DNA of 64,000 nucleotides from positions 256,001 to 320,000 of the forward strand of contig JBQTHB010000003.1 of assembly GCA_052390235.1 (NCBI GenBank). The letters are read 5' to 3'. Below, piece after piece: positions 1 to 9,878 of this stretch (position 1 is its first letter; each line of letters begins with the position of its first letter). The translations under genes were made by a program, and so were the position numbers. Source of the stretch: Deltaproteobacteria bacterium. GTDB lineage: Bacteria; Desulfobacterota_D; UBA1144; Nemesobacterales; CSP1-2. Below the pieces are notes generated by a model. That model was not told the origin of the DNA. It worked only from the letters and a program-made list of their open reading frames with translations, and ran no database searches.

Positions 1-43
1 TGTCGCGGCACTTGCGGATAATGGTCTCTCTTAGCGGATTCAT
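1..43 (-). CDS. 5' end of a gene running off the left edge (MNPLRETIIRKCRD...); probably continues the hydrogenase maturation cluster
   Basis: ATG at 43-41 with GAGGT SD upstream; open to the window edge; product not assignable from 14 codons. Confidence 0.45.
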   Translation of the reverse strand, partial: MNPLRETIIRKCRD

Positions 44-185
44 TTTCAGTGGGCTACCTCTTAGATTGATATTGTAGCAGTCAAACGCCGGGTTCGATAG
101 AGCGCGCGTCGAAGAACCCACTCCCCTCTGGCAGGCTGAGGATGCGCCCCCCCTCATCACGCATCCCGCGCATCTGGCTATTCTA

Positions 186-1292
186 TTACCCCGCCGCCGC
201 CGATTTCAAATATCTGCCGTAGTTATAATACGCGGCACAGGCCCCCTCAGACGAGACCATTGTCGCGCCAAGCGGACGCTCCGGCGTGCATTCTTTGCCG
301 AAAGCCGGGCATTCGTGCGGTTTTTTCAGTCCCCTCAGCACCTGCCCGCTTATGCAAGCCGAAGACTCCTCAGCCTCGATGTAGTCAACGCCAAAAATCC
401 TCTCGGCGTCGTGTTCGCGGTATTCATATTTGAGCTTATAACCACTCTTGGGAATTATGCCTATGCCGCGCCATTTTCTGTCGGCAATATCGAAAACATC
501 GAGAATAATTTTTTGAGCCGGCAGGTTTCCCTCCCTCTTCACTGCCCTTGCGTACTGGTTTTGGACGTCGTGCCTGCCCTCTTCGAGCTGCTTTACCGTG
601 AGATAAACCCCCTCAAGGAGATCTAGCGGCTCAAACCCCGTAACGACTATCGGCACTCTGTAGCGCGCAGAGATTGGCTCGTATTCCCACCACCCCATGA
701 CGGCGCACACATGGCCCGCTCCAAGGAATCCCTGCACTTGGTTATGCGGGGACTGCAAGATAGAAGCCATCGAAGGGGGAACGAGAACGTGCGAGACGAG
801 TATGGAGAAATTATTTATTCCGAGCCGCTTTGCCTGCCATACGGACATAGCGTTTGCAGGGGCGGTTGTCTCGAAGCCGACGGCGAAAAATACGACTTTT
901 TTCTGAGGGTTGTTCTGGGCGATTTTCAGCGCGTCAAGCGGCGAATAGACGATTCTCACGTCGCCCCCCTCGGATTTAACGGCAAAGAGGTCTCTTTTCG
1001 AGCCGGGCACTCGGAGCATATCCCCGAAGGAGGTAAAAATCACATCCGGGCTTGCGGCAATCTCAAGCGCCTTGTCAATCATCTCAAGCGGGGTTACGCA
1101 CACAGGACACCCCGGCCCATGCACGAGCGTAACGTCTTTTGGCAGAAGCTCGTCAATTCCATATTTCACTATCGTGTGAGTCTGTCCGCCGCAGACCTCC
1201 ATTATGACCCATGGATGCTTCGTCGCTCCGTGAATCCTGTCCACCATGCGCGCCGCCGCATCAGGGTCCCTGTATTCATCCAAATATTTCAT
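186..1292 (-). CDS. hypD: Hydrogenase maturation protein HypD
   Basis: [26 protein letters not shown] and C-terminal [12 protein letters not shown] motifs. Confidence 0.98.
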   Translation of the reverse strand: MKYLDEYRDPDAAARMVDRIHGATKHPWVIMEVCGGQTHTIVKYGIDELLPKDVTLVHGPGCPVCVTPLEMIDKALEIAASPDVIFTSFGDMLRVPGSKRDLFAVKSEGGDVRIVYSPLDALKIAQNNPQKKVVFFAVGFETTAPANAMSVWQAKRLGINNFSILVSHVLVPPSMASILQSPHNQVQGFLGAGHVCAVMGWWEYEPISARYRVPIVVTGFEPLDLLEGVYLTVKQLEEGRHDVQNQYARAVKREGNLPAQKIILDVFDIADRKWRGIGIIPKSGYKLKYEYREHDAERIFGVDYIEAEESSACISGQVLRGLKKPHECPAFGKECTPERPLGATMVSSEGACAAYYNYGRYLKSAAAG

Positions 1293-1399
1293 AAGCCGCC
1301 ACCTCCTTTTTTTGACAGTTAAACCCAGCCCTCAGCGCGGAGACTCGAAAACGCCGAGGACGAGAATTCTCTAAGCCCTAGCATCTCGCATCTCGATTT

Positions 1400-1663
1400 C
1401 TAGTTGCCCTCGTCCTCATCATCTCCGGCAAGCTCTCCAAGCTCGTTCATTGCATCGAGAAACTCAAAAACCTTTCGAGCCTCCTCCTCGTCAACTTTGC
1501 TAAGCGCGAACCCCACGTGAACTAGGGCGTAATCCCCAAGCTCGAGCTCCGGCACGTACTCAAAGCACGCCTTTCTCGACACGCCGTCAAAGTCAACCTT
1601 CCCCATTTTGATGCCATTTTCATAGAAAATCTCAACTACTCTTCCGGGTATCGCCAAGCACAT
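1400..1663 (-). CDS. hypC: Hydrogenase maturation chaperone HypC
   Basis: N-terminal MCLAIPG, LVHVGFAL motif; AGGAGGT SD. Confidence 0.98.
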   Translation of the reverse strand: MCLAIPGRVVEIFYENGIKMGKVDFDGVSRKACFEYVPELELGDYALVHVGFALSKVDEEEARKVFEFLDAMNELGELAGDDEDEGN

Positions 1664-1763
1664 CTCGCATCACCTCCTCAAATTTTTCTCGCGCGCGGCA
1701 GGGAGAGCGCATCATCCCATACCCCCCTCCCGCCGCTTTACGCGCCACTGCGCAATCCCTCTG

Positions 1764-2438
1764 TTAGAACCTAAATCCCGTCCTGCCGGTAAACGTATAG
1801 AAACTCCCGTTCGGACCGCTAATGAAGTTATACCGCGCCTCAGCTCCCACGAACACCTTTGGAGTGATATTCATATCCACGCCGATTCCCGTGTGAAGCC
1901 CAAGATTCACGTCTCCCTGTCCTGCGGGAAACCCCCTGCGGTCAAGCTCAGCGGGCAGGGGTGAAATTCCGCCTGCGAAATCATCTCCCAAAGCCGCGCC
2001 GTCCGTAGAGCTAAGCAGCACGTTGAACCCCGGCGCAACAACTATGTAGGGCTGAAAGAAATTCGAGAAGAGAAACTTATACTTCAGCCCCGCTATCACC
2101 GAGAGATTCGTCAAATCAACCTCGGTCGAGGTAACCGCCCCCGCAGGCGCGCCAACGACAACCAGCGGAGAGACCGCCGAAACCTCGTCGTCCGTCCTAG
2201 CAAGCCCGATGTGGACAATTCCCATCAGGATGCCGGGGCCTATTGGCACAAGGGGCAGCCCCACCTCGCCTGCAATGTAGAATCCCGCGCCCGTGTCAAA
2301 GGGCCCAATCTGAGCGCCAAGGGCGAATGCAAACTCTCCGCCAATCCCCTGAGCCTTCGATGTGTCAGCCGTATAAAGCAAACCCGCCGCTACAAAGATT
2401 AAAATCGCTAAAACCCTCCACAAATTAACTTTAGTCAT
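1764..2438 (-). CDS. Outer-membrane beta-barrel protein (OmpW/OMP_b-brl-like)
   Basis: Signal peptide (..SKA-QG), alternating amphipathic strands, PYI motif, C-terminal TGFRF with terminal Phe. Confidence 0.8.
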   Translation of the reverse strand: MTKVNLWRVLAILIFVAAGLLYTADTSKAQGIGGEFAFALGAQIGPFDTGAGFYIAGEVGLPLVPIGPGILMGIVHIGLARTDDEVSAVSPLVVVGAPAGAVTSTEVDLTNLSVIAGLKYKFLFSNFFQPYIVVAPGFNVLLSSTDGAALGDDFAGGISPLPAELDRRGFPAGQGDVNLGLHTGIGVDMNITPKVFVGAEARYNFISGPNGSFYTFTGRTGFRF

Positions 2439-2510
2439 CTTAGTTCCCCTCCGGTTAGAGTTTTGTTTAGATACAAACTAAAGCTAGTTCCACCACAATT
2501 AATTTTTAAG

Positions 2511-4901
2511 CTAAGTAGCGGCTACTTCTCGGGAATTTTTATATTCATCTCCCTTCACCTCCCCCGGAACGCCGGTTTTTATCTGTTTCCCTCCTCTCAC
2601 TTCTCCGCGCGCCAAAACGGCCGACGCCACGGCAACCTGCCCAAGAGCAATGCCGCCGTCGTTGGCAGGCACTCTCTGATGGATATAAGGTCTAAAACCT
2701 CCCTCGCACAGAATTCGGCAAACCCTCTCCGTGAGATAGCGGTTCTGAAATACGCCTCCCGACAAAACCACTCTCTCCAGATTAAATAATCGAGCCGCAT
2801 CAACGACAATCCGGGCGAGGGTGTTGTGAAACTTCGCCGACACCTGCGAGGCAGCCGCCCCCCTGCGCGCATCGTCCAAAATGGCGAGAACCGTGGGCAT
2901 CCAATCCACAATTGCGGGACTTGCCGCTTTGCGCGCAATCTCAAATGGATACGAGCGCTCAACGCCATCTGCCGCCGCGTATTCAAGCTCCGCCGCCGCC
3001 TGCCCCTCGAATCCTGCCCGAAGCCTCAATCCGGCTAAAGCTGAAACTGCGTCGAAAATCCTCCCCGCGCTCGATGTAACTGGAGAATTCACTCCCCGCT
3101 CAAGCATCCTCATAAACACTGCAAGCTCCTCGCGGCTGAAAGAGCGAATAAGCGCAATGTCTGACATCCCCAGAACACCCTCGCCGAAAATCTCGAAAAG
3201 CATCCCCAAAGCGGCGCGCCTCGGCTCTCGCACTGCCATCTCGCCCCCCGGAAGCCTAAAAGTCCTGAAATGCGCCAGACGCTCAAAGGACTCGTAATCC
3301 GCCCTGAGAAACTCCCCTCCCCACACCGTGCCGTCCCCTCCGTATCCCGTGCCATCCCAGCAGATTCCCAGAACCTCCCCCTCCAGTTCATTCTCAGCCA
3401 TGCAGGCGGCAACGTGGGCGTGATGGTGCTGAACATGGACGAGGGGAATATCCAGAGTCTTGGCGTATTTCGTCGAGAGGTAATCCGGGTGCATATCGCA
3501 GGCTACGGCTTCAGGCTCGAAATCATATAATCTCCTGAAATCCTCAATTACCCGCAGGAAAGCCGTATAAGCATCTTCGGTTTCAAGGTCTCCTATGTGC
3601 TGGCTAATGAAAACATCCCCGCCCGCAGAGATTGCAACCGTGTTTTTCAGATGCGCCCCAACGGCTAGGATTTTAGCCATGGATTCACCGGCGGGACGGC
3701 GAATAGAAACTGGAAGCGGCGCATAACCTCTGGAGCGGCGCATAACCTGCCCAACTCCAGCGACCACCCTGACAATGGAGTCATCGGCGCGTCTCACAAT
3801 GGCGCGGTCGTGAACCAAGAGCAGGTCAGGGATGCCCTGAAGCCTGATAGGGGCCTCGCGCTCGTCCGAAACTATAGGCTCGTCCGAGAGGTTCGCGCTT
3901 GTAGCCACGACGGGAAAGCCAAGCTCCCGCATCAATATTATGTGAAGGGGCGAATAGGGGAGCATCACTCCTAAGTAGGGATTCCGAGGGGCGACATTTG
4001 GAGCGATGCTGGCGGCGGCGCAGGCGCGCCTGCTGAGAATAACTATCGGGCTTTCGGCAGAGAGCAGCATCATCTGCTCTGCCGCCGACACCTCGCAGGC
4101 ATCCCTAACGGATTCCATCGAGGGGAACATCAGGGCAAACGGCTTTTCCTCTCGGCGTTTTCTCTCCCGAAGCCTAGAGACAGCCCTCTCATCCCCTGCG
4201 TTCACCATGAGATGAAATCCGCCGATTCCCTTAACGGCTATAATTTTCCCTCGCCTCAGGGCGTGTGATGCTTGGATAACAGCGTCCCTCTGTTCGGCAA
4301 TGACCTCGCCTTCGGCAGTCCAAAGCTCAACCCTAGGGCCACAGGCCGGACAGGCCACAGGCTCGGCGTGAAAGCGTCTTTCGAGAGGGTTTTCATATTC
4401 GCGGCGGCAGTCCGCGCACATCGGAAATGATTTCATCGAGGTATTTTGTCTATCGTAGGGAATCTCCTCAATGATTGTAAAGCGGGGGCCGCAGTTCGTG
4501 CAGTTCGTAAAGGGGTAATCAAACCTCCTGTCGGCGGGGTCTAATATCTCAGCCCTGCATTCGGCGCACGTCGCTATATCGGGCAGGATGAGGGCGGTTT
4601 TAGCCCCCGAATCCGCGCTCAGGCGTATCTCGAAACCGTTGTATCCGGCGGCGTCAAGAAACGAAGACTCAAGGCTCTGGATTATCGCGCGCGGAGGCTT
4701 CTGGGAGTTTAGGGCAATCAAAAAGGAATCGAGCATGGGCTTTGCCCCCTCGACCTCGATAAAAACCCCCTGAGAGGAGTTTACCACCCAGCCCGAAAGC
4801 TCCATGCGCGTTGCCAAACGATAGACAAAGGGTCTGAATCCGACCCCCTGCACCGCGCCCCTTACGACGACTTTAAGACGCATGACCGTGGCATCTGGCA
4901 T
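2511..4901 (-). CDS. hypF: Carbamoyltransferase HypF
   Basis: Acylphosphatase GAVQGVGFRPF, Zn fingers (CTNCGPRF), KGIGGFHL, QHHHAH, PANDGGIALGQ; start placed at ATG 4901 with AGGAG SD. Confidence 0.97.
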   Translation of the reverse strand: MPDATVMRLKVVVRGAVQGVGFRPFVYRLATRMELSGWVVNSSQGVFIEVEGAKPMLDSFLIALNSQKPPRAIIQSLESSFLDAAGYNGFEIRLSADSGAKTALILPDIATCAECRAEILDPADRRFDYPFTNCTNCGPRFTIIEEIPYDRQNTSMKSFPMCADCRREYENPLERRFHAEPVACPACGPRVELWTAEGEVIAEQRDAVIQASHALRRGKIIAVKGIGGFHLMVNAGDERAVSRLRERKRREEKPFALMFPSMESVRDACEVSAAEQMMLLSAESPIVILSRRACAAASIAPNVAPRNPYLGVMLPYSPLHIILMRELGFPVVATSANLSDEPIVSDEREAPIRLQGIPDLLLVHDRAIVRRADDSIVRVVAGVGQVMRRSRGYAPLPVSIRRPAGESMAKILAVGAHLKNTVAISAGGDVFISQHIGDLETEDAYTAFLRVIEDFRRLYDFEPEAVACDMHPDYLSTKYAKTLDIPLVHVQHHHAHVAACMAENELEGEVLGICWDGTGYGGDGTVWGGEFLRADYESFERLAHFRTFRLPGGEMAVREPRRAALGMLFEIFGEGVLGMSDIALIRSFSREELAVFMRMLERGVNSPVTSSAGRIFDAVSALAGLRLRAGFEGQAAAELEYAAADGVERSYPFEIARKAASPAIVDWMPTVLAILDDARRGAAASQVSAKFHNTLARIVVDAARLFNLERVVLSGGVFQNRYLTERVCRILCEGGFRPYIHQRVPANDGGIALGQVAVASAVLARGEVRGGKQIKTGVPGEVKGDEYKNSREVAAT

Positions 4902-4952
4902 GGGGATTCTCCTATCGCCGGCGCACAAATTAACTGGACAAGGCAGCGCGCC

Positions 4953-5507
4953 TCAGCCGCCCTCTGCTGCGCCGAAAATATCGAATGTGAATTTTAGCTC
5001 GTCTTTAACCTTGACCGCCCCCATTGCGGCGGAGAAGGGTTTAATCCGATAATTACTCTGTTTGAGCATAAACTCTCCGCTTGTGCGAAAGCCCTCAGGC
5101 AGAACTCTCATCTGTGTATCAACGCGCTCTTTATTCGTAACGCCGTGCAGAGATAGCTCCCCGTCAATAATCACCCGATACCAGCCATTGGCAATTTTTG
5201 TGGCGGTTACGCCGACGCTCTGGAAAACGACCTCAGGGTATCTCGACGTTTCAATCACCTGAGTGCGCATACTAGATTCAATGTCCTTGCGGTCTTTCTC
5301 GCTCATGTTGTCGGCAAGCGAGAGAGAATCGGTCATTATCACGATGCGTATGGAGGACGCTTCGGGCGCGTCGGCAGAGAAACCAGCCTCGCCCGTGAAT
5401 TCCGCTATTTTGAATATCGGATTATGGCCGAACGCAGAGAGCATCCCCCCTGCGAAAGCCTGCACTGTGAAGCGGCTCCGTTTAGCGTCCAATTTATATT
5501 GCGGCAT
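4953..5507 (-). CDS. YceI-family polyisoprenoid/lipid-binding protein, no signal peptide
   Basis: YKLD..RSRF, YPEVVF.S, GELSLHGVT, VKDEL.F.F motifs typical of the YceI barrel. Confidence 0.85.
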   Translation of the reverse strand: MPQYKLDAKRSRFTVQAFAGGMLSAFGHNPIFKIAEFTGEAGFSADAPEASSIRIVIMTDSLSLADNMSEKDRKDIESSMRTQVIETSRYPEVVFQSVGVTATKIANGWYRVIIDGELSLHGVTNKERVDTQMRVLPEGFRTSGEFMLKQSNYRIKPFSAAMGAVKVKDELKFTFDIFGAAEGG

Positions 5508-5663
5508 AAGGTTCTCCTAAGTTTCGGCATCACAGGCGGTCTCGAACGGCTATACGGAAACGGCGCTCAATATTTCTCTGGAGAGGCTCTATCCCAGATA
5601 ATTTCCCAAATCGCATAAAACGCCCGCGCTGAACTACTGCCCAATCCCCAATCCAGCGGCGGT

Positions 5664-6119
5664 TCAATCATCGTGGTCGTGTGGGTGGGGATGATGGCGG
5701 TGGTGCGGGTCATCGGCGTGATGCTCCCGAATATGCTCTTCTAATATCCCCTCGGCGTCAACGGCAAGCCGCCTCAGCACAACGCCGCTTGCAAGCTCCA
5801 CCTCATCCACCGATACTTCATCGCCCGAAATCAGCTCTAAGTCAGCCGACCCGCATTCGGCGCACACAAACGGAGGACTCGCTATCTCGGACTTTGACGA
5901 GCAAGACCGGCACGCGAAAACCGCCGGTAGTTCTTCAATTTCAATTGCCGCCTCCGCCGCCGGCGTATCAGCCGAGACGAGCTCGAAAGAAAACTTAAGG
6001 CTATCCGGCACGACCATCTGCATTCTGCCTATATGAAGCCGGATTTTAGCCACTTTCTGCTCGCCGGCAGCGTCCAAAACCACGTCCAATATACCTTCGG
6101 CTAGTCCCATCTCGTGCAT
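5664..6119 (-). CDS. hypA: Nickel metallochaperone HypA with His-rich C-terminal tail
   Basis: MHE N-terminus, CRSC...CAECG zinc site, tail with 10 His. Confidence 0.95.
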   Translation of the reverse strand: MHEMGLAEGILDVVLDAAGEQKVAKIRLHIGRMQMVVPDSLKFSFELVSADTPAAEAAIEIEELPAVFACRSCSSKSEIASPPFVCAECGSADLELISGDEVSVDEVELASGVVLRRLAVDAEGILEEHIREHHADDPHHRHHPHPHDHDD

Positions 6120-6212
6120 ATCTCATCTCCTCTTTTGAAGGGAAAGGCGTTACGCGCCGCCGTCCTTTTTACCGGAACTTCCACCTTCCGTTTGACGCAT
6201 AACGCCCTGAAA

Positions 6213-6488
6213 TTACATGGATTTTGCTTTCACATAGCGCTCTATATCGGGGAGCAGCCCCGCAAGCCCCGCGCCCATAGGGTCGTTGAGGAAACTCGCA
6301 ATATTCATCCCCGGCGGAAGCATATCGCCGAGCTTTTCCATGAGCGATTGGCGCATCTCAGGATTCGCTATCATGCGCCGCACGTCAGGGTGTCCCATTA
6401 AAAGCCCGAACCCCAGAGCCACTAACGCAAGCCCCCCAGCCACAAAGAGCATATCCTTCATATCGCTGGGAATATCGTAATTCTGCAT
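6213..6488 (-). CDS. Small membrane protein of group 1h hydrogenase clusters (DUF6893-like)
   Basis: One TM segment and C-terminal PDIERYVKAKSM resembling the PDIxRY..M motif; position after the maturation protease. Confidence 0.6.
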   Translation of the reverse strand: MQNYDIPSDMKDMLFVAGGLALVALGFGLLMGHPDVRRMIANPEMRQSLMEKLGDMLPPGMNIASFLNDPMGAGLAGLLPDIERYVKAKSM

Positions 6489-6503
6489 AACCCACCTCCT
6501 TGC

Positions 6504-7043
6504 CTAATTGGATTTTAACTCCTCTGCTTCCCTGTTATTATTGAGGATTTCTCCGACCAGCGACTCGACCAATTTCACGGCTTCGTCAACGGCAGAGCGA
6601 ACCGGCTCGCTAAGCCCGATATATCCCTCATCATCGTCCGAGCCAAAAGTAAAAGGCTCGCATCCGACAACTAAAATCCTCTTACACCCCGCCCCGCCCA
6701 TCGTCTTTACAAGCTGAAGCACCCTCGCCGGATTCATTCCATGGGTCTCAAGGCTCACCCCGCCTCCTTCGCCCCCGCCTTCTAGCTGAATCTCATCCAT
6801 ATCCGGCTCGACGACATAGAGTGTGCCGGGGACATCCCCGCGCGGCATCGCATCAACCAATATCGCGGCATCGTAAGGGTCCATAAGCGCGTACGCCAAA
6901 TCAAAACCCCTTATGCCGTAATCCGCCACTCGAACCCCTTCGGGCATAGCGCGCCCGGCGAGCCTTCCCGCCACCTCGACTCCGAACCCATCGTCGCCAA
7001 GGAAAATATTTCCTATTCCGGCAATTAGTATTCGCTCGGACAT
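6504..7043 (-). CDS. Hydrogenase maturation endopeptidase (HupD/HybD family)
   Basis: GIGNIFLGDDGFG, ILVDA, ETHGM, VVGCEP motifs. Confidence 0.95.
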   Translation of the reverse strand: MSERILIAGIGNIFLGDDGFGVEVAGRLAGRAMPEGVRVADYGIRGFDLAYALMDPYDAAILVDAMPRGDVPGTLYVVEPDMDEIQLEGGGEGGGVSLETHGMNPARVLQLVKTMGGAGCKRILVVGCEPFTFGSDDDEGYIGLSEPVRSAVDEAVKLVESLVGEILNNNREAEELKSN

Positions 7044-8500
7044 TAGCCCTCCCTCCCCGACGCCGCGCCCAGCGTCTCACGCGCAGTATCCTCGTATGGG
7101 ACACCCTCCCCGACGAGAGGACACACCTCTTCAGGAGAGAAAAAGAACCGATGCCCCGGCATTTTCTTCATATCGAAATCCCGTCCGGGGTCGTCCTCAA
7201 CCGTAACCACCAAGTAGAGCCTGTCCTCGTAGTCCTGCTCAATAGATTCTATTATCGCCGTCTTCCCAACGAGCGCGACATCGAACACGTCCCCCCTGCC
7301 TGCGGGCTTTAGGACGACTCTCGCCCCCGGCTTAAGCTCGACGCCCGCAACCACAACCGAAGACGGTTTTTCTTCGAGCGGATTCCACCCCGTGATACCG
7401 TCCGAATTGTCCCACCCGTCTTGGGGCTCGGGCGCGGAATCCTCGGCGGCGAGCGGGCGAATGTCTCTCATCGTGCCGTGGAGTTTCATCATCTCCTCCC
7501 TTGTTATGGACTCAGCCCTCTCAAGCAGGAGGCGCGCTTTATCGTCGAAAGAGCGTATCTCGTTCTTCTCCTCTTCCGAGAGGGTCAGGATTCTAAGGGT
7601 CAGAATTTCGTCAATTTCGGTTGCATCAAAGAGGTCTCCCGCGCTTTCCGGGGCGATTTGAGGGTAATCGTAGAGGATAATGGGCGATGCGAGAAGGGCG
7701 TCGTTTTCCCCCTCGCCGCTCACCAAAACAGGGAAATTGCCTATATTCCCGCATTCCGAGGCGAATTTCTGAAACTCCGTTGGCGGGTCAATTAGAGAGA
7801 TGAAACGCCCGCCTTCAATGCCGAAGACCGCGTGAGTAGAGACGAATGAGCGCCCAAGAGCGTCATTGCGGGACTGAGAGCCGCCGCCAGTGGACGTGAG
7901 ATTCAGTATCCGCGCCCTGATTTTATACACCTCTGGCGCAAGCCGCTCCGAAGAGATTTCAATCATCCCCTCTATCGCCTCGCTTTCCCGAACGATGATG
8001 CCGGCTATTGAGCCTGCGGGGGATTTTATCGGCTCAAGCGACCTGCTGGATGCAAAGGAAAAGGGGAAATTCTGGGGGGCATTAGCCAATTGGGCGAGGT
8101 CTAAATTCTCGACTATAACCTCGCGCTCCGCCGCTTCCTGCCAGCCGAGGTAGTTTTTGTCTCCAACCCGAAGCGAGCCGACAATCTTGAAGGCAGGTTC
8201 AGGGTCAAGCGCTGAGGCAGGATTTTCCATCTCCCCTATTTTTCTCTCCACAACGTGCAGGAAACGGACCCTGAGTTCAAAGCGCGGGGCAACGGGTGAA
8301 TTCTCATCCGCTACGGCTAGGCATTCGGTCTGCATAGTCCACGCGTCAAAACCGCCCCCCGACTCGCTGTAGGAGCGAGGATATATCCCGCCGAACGTCC
8401 ATCTCTGCCTGTTTTTCACGGAGGACGGGGTGTATGGATAGAGAATATACCCCTCGTACAGCACGGCGGAGGCGATTTTCTCGACAAAGGCGAGATTCAT
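7043..8500 (-). CDS. Group 1h hydrogenase-associated protein (HhaC-like)
   Basis: AVLYEGYILYPY...KNRQRWTFG, SPIILYDYPQIAPES.GDLFDATEIDEILTLR motifs; synteny. Confidence 0.8.
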   Translation of the reverse strand: MNLAFVEKIASAVLYEGYILYPYTPSSVKNRQRWTFGGIYPRSYSESGGGFDAWTMQTECLAVADENSPVAPRFELRVRFLHVVERKIGEMENPASALDPEPAFKIVGSLRVGDKNYLGWQEAAEREVIVENLDLAQLANAPQNFPFSFASSRSLEPIKSPAGSIAGIIVRESEAIEGMIEISSERLAPEVYKIRARILNLTSTGGGSQSRNDALGRSFVSTHAVFGIEGGRFISLIDPPTEFQKFASECGNIGNFPVLVSGEGENDALLASPIILYDYPQIAPESAGDLFDATEIDEILTLRILTLSEEEKNEIRSFDDKARLLLERAESITREEMMKLHGTMRDIRPLAAEDSAPEPQDGWDNSDGITGWNPLEEKPSSVVVAGVELKPGARVVLKPAGRGDVFDVALVGKTAIIESIEQDYEDRLYLVVTVEDDPGRDFDMKKMPGHRFFFSPEEVCPLVGEGVPYEDTARETLGAASGREG

Positions 8501-9216
8501 GAAGCGCCTCCCGAAAACCTCTTTTTAAGAGCATCCGAAGTGGGCAGCGTGTCAAGCGGGCTGGACAGCGAACCCGCGCCATCTTCGGGAACTAGCGTCT
8601 CTATAACCCTCTCCCAAGTGGGCAAGCCCCTGCGCATTTTATAGCGGTAGAGGCGGTCGAAGGCGTCCCTTTGAACCGTAAGCCAAGCCGAGTTGGGATA
8701 GTAAATATCCATCATCTCCTTCCACACCCGAACCGGAAGCCGGAATTTCGCCTCTTTTGACCAAGAAATCTGAGCCACTTGAAGAGAGCCGTCCTCAGCC
8801 ATATAGAAAGCCGTGCCGCTGAAAAGAAAACACAGCGGGACTTCGCCGCCTTCGAGGGCGTAGAAATACTTCGCCGCCGCGACGTTAAAATCAAAAGTGC
8901 AGGGGACCGGCAGGTCAAGCTCGGCGCTCCCAGAAAACGGGGGAACTGTCGCTATGGCGTGAGTCCATAGCATTGAGCGAAGGGTGCGCGCCCACATATC
9001 GGAGGCGCCAAAAATATCTAGCAGGCGCGCCTGCTCCTCTGGGGCGTAGCGGCGCCGTGTCGCCTCGATTTGAATCTGACACCGCAGGACGACGGTGTGA
9101 ATCCGCTCATCCGGGGGAGAATTCACAGCTCTGAGCCGGAAGATAAGCGTCGGGGAGAGGGAAAACGGCTCGGCATGGGCATCCAGAACGCTGAAATCGA
9201 GGTCAGGCATTGGCAT
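8497..9216 (-). CDS. Group 1h hydrogenase-associated protein (DUF6084/HhaB-like)
   Basis: LRCQIQIE..RRRY, PCTFDFNVAAAKYF, VPLCFLFSGT motifs; synteny. Confidence 0.8.
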   Translation of the reverse strand: MPMPDLDFSVLDAHAEPFSLSPTLIFRLRAVNSPPDERIHTVVLRCQIQIEATRRRYAPEEQARLLDIFGASDMWARTLRSMLWTHAIATVPPFSGSAELDLPVPCTFDFNVAAAKYFYALEGGEVPLCFLFSGTAFYMAEDGSLQVAQISWSKEAKFRLPVRVWKEMMDIYYPNSAWLTVQRDAFDRLYRYKMRRGLPTWERVIETLVPEDGAGSLSSPLDTLPTSDALKKRFSGGAS

Positions 9217-9853
9217 CTCCTTTGAGACCGGCGCGGGGAGTGGATTTATCTCTCAGCTCATCGAAAAACCGCTTTATCTCAGACCAGACCTCAGACCCGC
9301 CGGAAAGCCCTTTCCAGCGGGAGCGTATTATGCCGACGAGCTTGTAGCACTCGTCTATCGGGGCAATAAAGTAGTCCCTCGCGCTTCCGACGCGATTGAC
9401 AAGGAGGGCTTCAACATCTGCCTCCATTGCCTCGAGCGCGGGATTCGCGGCGACTATCTCCTCCCAAGACTCAAGAGTCAGAAGGGATTCCGTCGCTCCA
9501 GCGGGACTCGGGTACATGGCGTGAACCTTGCCCGTTTGAGAGTTATTAAAGAGAAACGCCATACTTATCGGAATTAAGAGGGTGTCCCAATCGGCATCGG
9601 ACATTTGGAAATCCGTGAGAATCAGGGGGAAGGCTGGCACTCGCTTAAATTTCACGTCTCCGCTATAGGAAAACAGCAGAGCGCAGGCGTCGCAGGCGCA
9701 CACAATCCTCCTGTTGGACAGGTCAATCAGATGCGGGTGCTGCGGGCGAATCCCCAAGCCGCACATATCGCAACGCTCCTCAGGGGACTTCTCGCGTATA
9801 AATCTCTTGAGAGTCGAAAATGGGTTTCCCTCGGATGAGCGCTTTAGAGTCAT
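9203..9853 (-). CDS. Group 1h hydrogenase-associated protein (DUF5947/HhaA-like)
   Basis: ERCDMC...H.H...CACDAC, YPSPAGATES, APIDECY.LVG..R..W.G..GG motifs. Confidence 0.82.
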   Translation of the reverse strand: MTLKRSSEGNPFSTLKRFIREKSPEERCDMCGLGIRPQHPHLIDLSNRRIVCACDACALLFSYSGDVKFKRVPAFPLILTDFQMSDADWDTLLIPISMAFLFNNSQTGKVHAMYPSPAGATESLLTLESWEEIVAANPALEAMEADVEALLVNRVGSARDYFIAPIDECYKLVGIIRSRWKGLSGGSEVWSEIKRFFDELRDKSTPRAGLKGDANA

Positions 9854-9878
9854 TTGCGGATATTCCCCCTTGGAAGAT

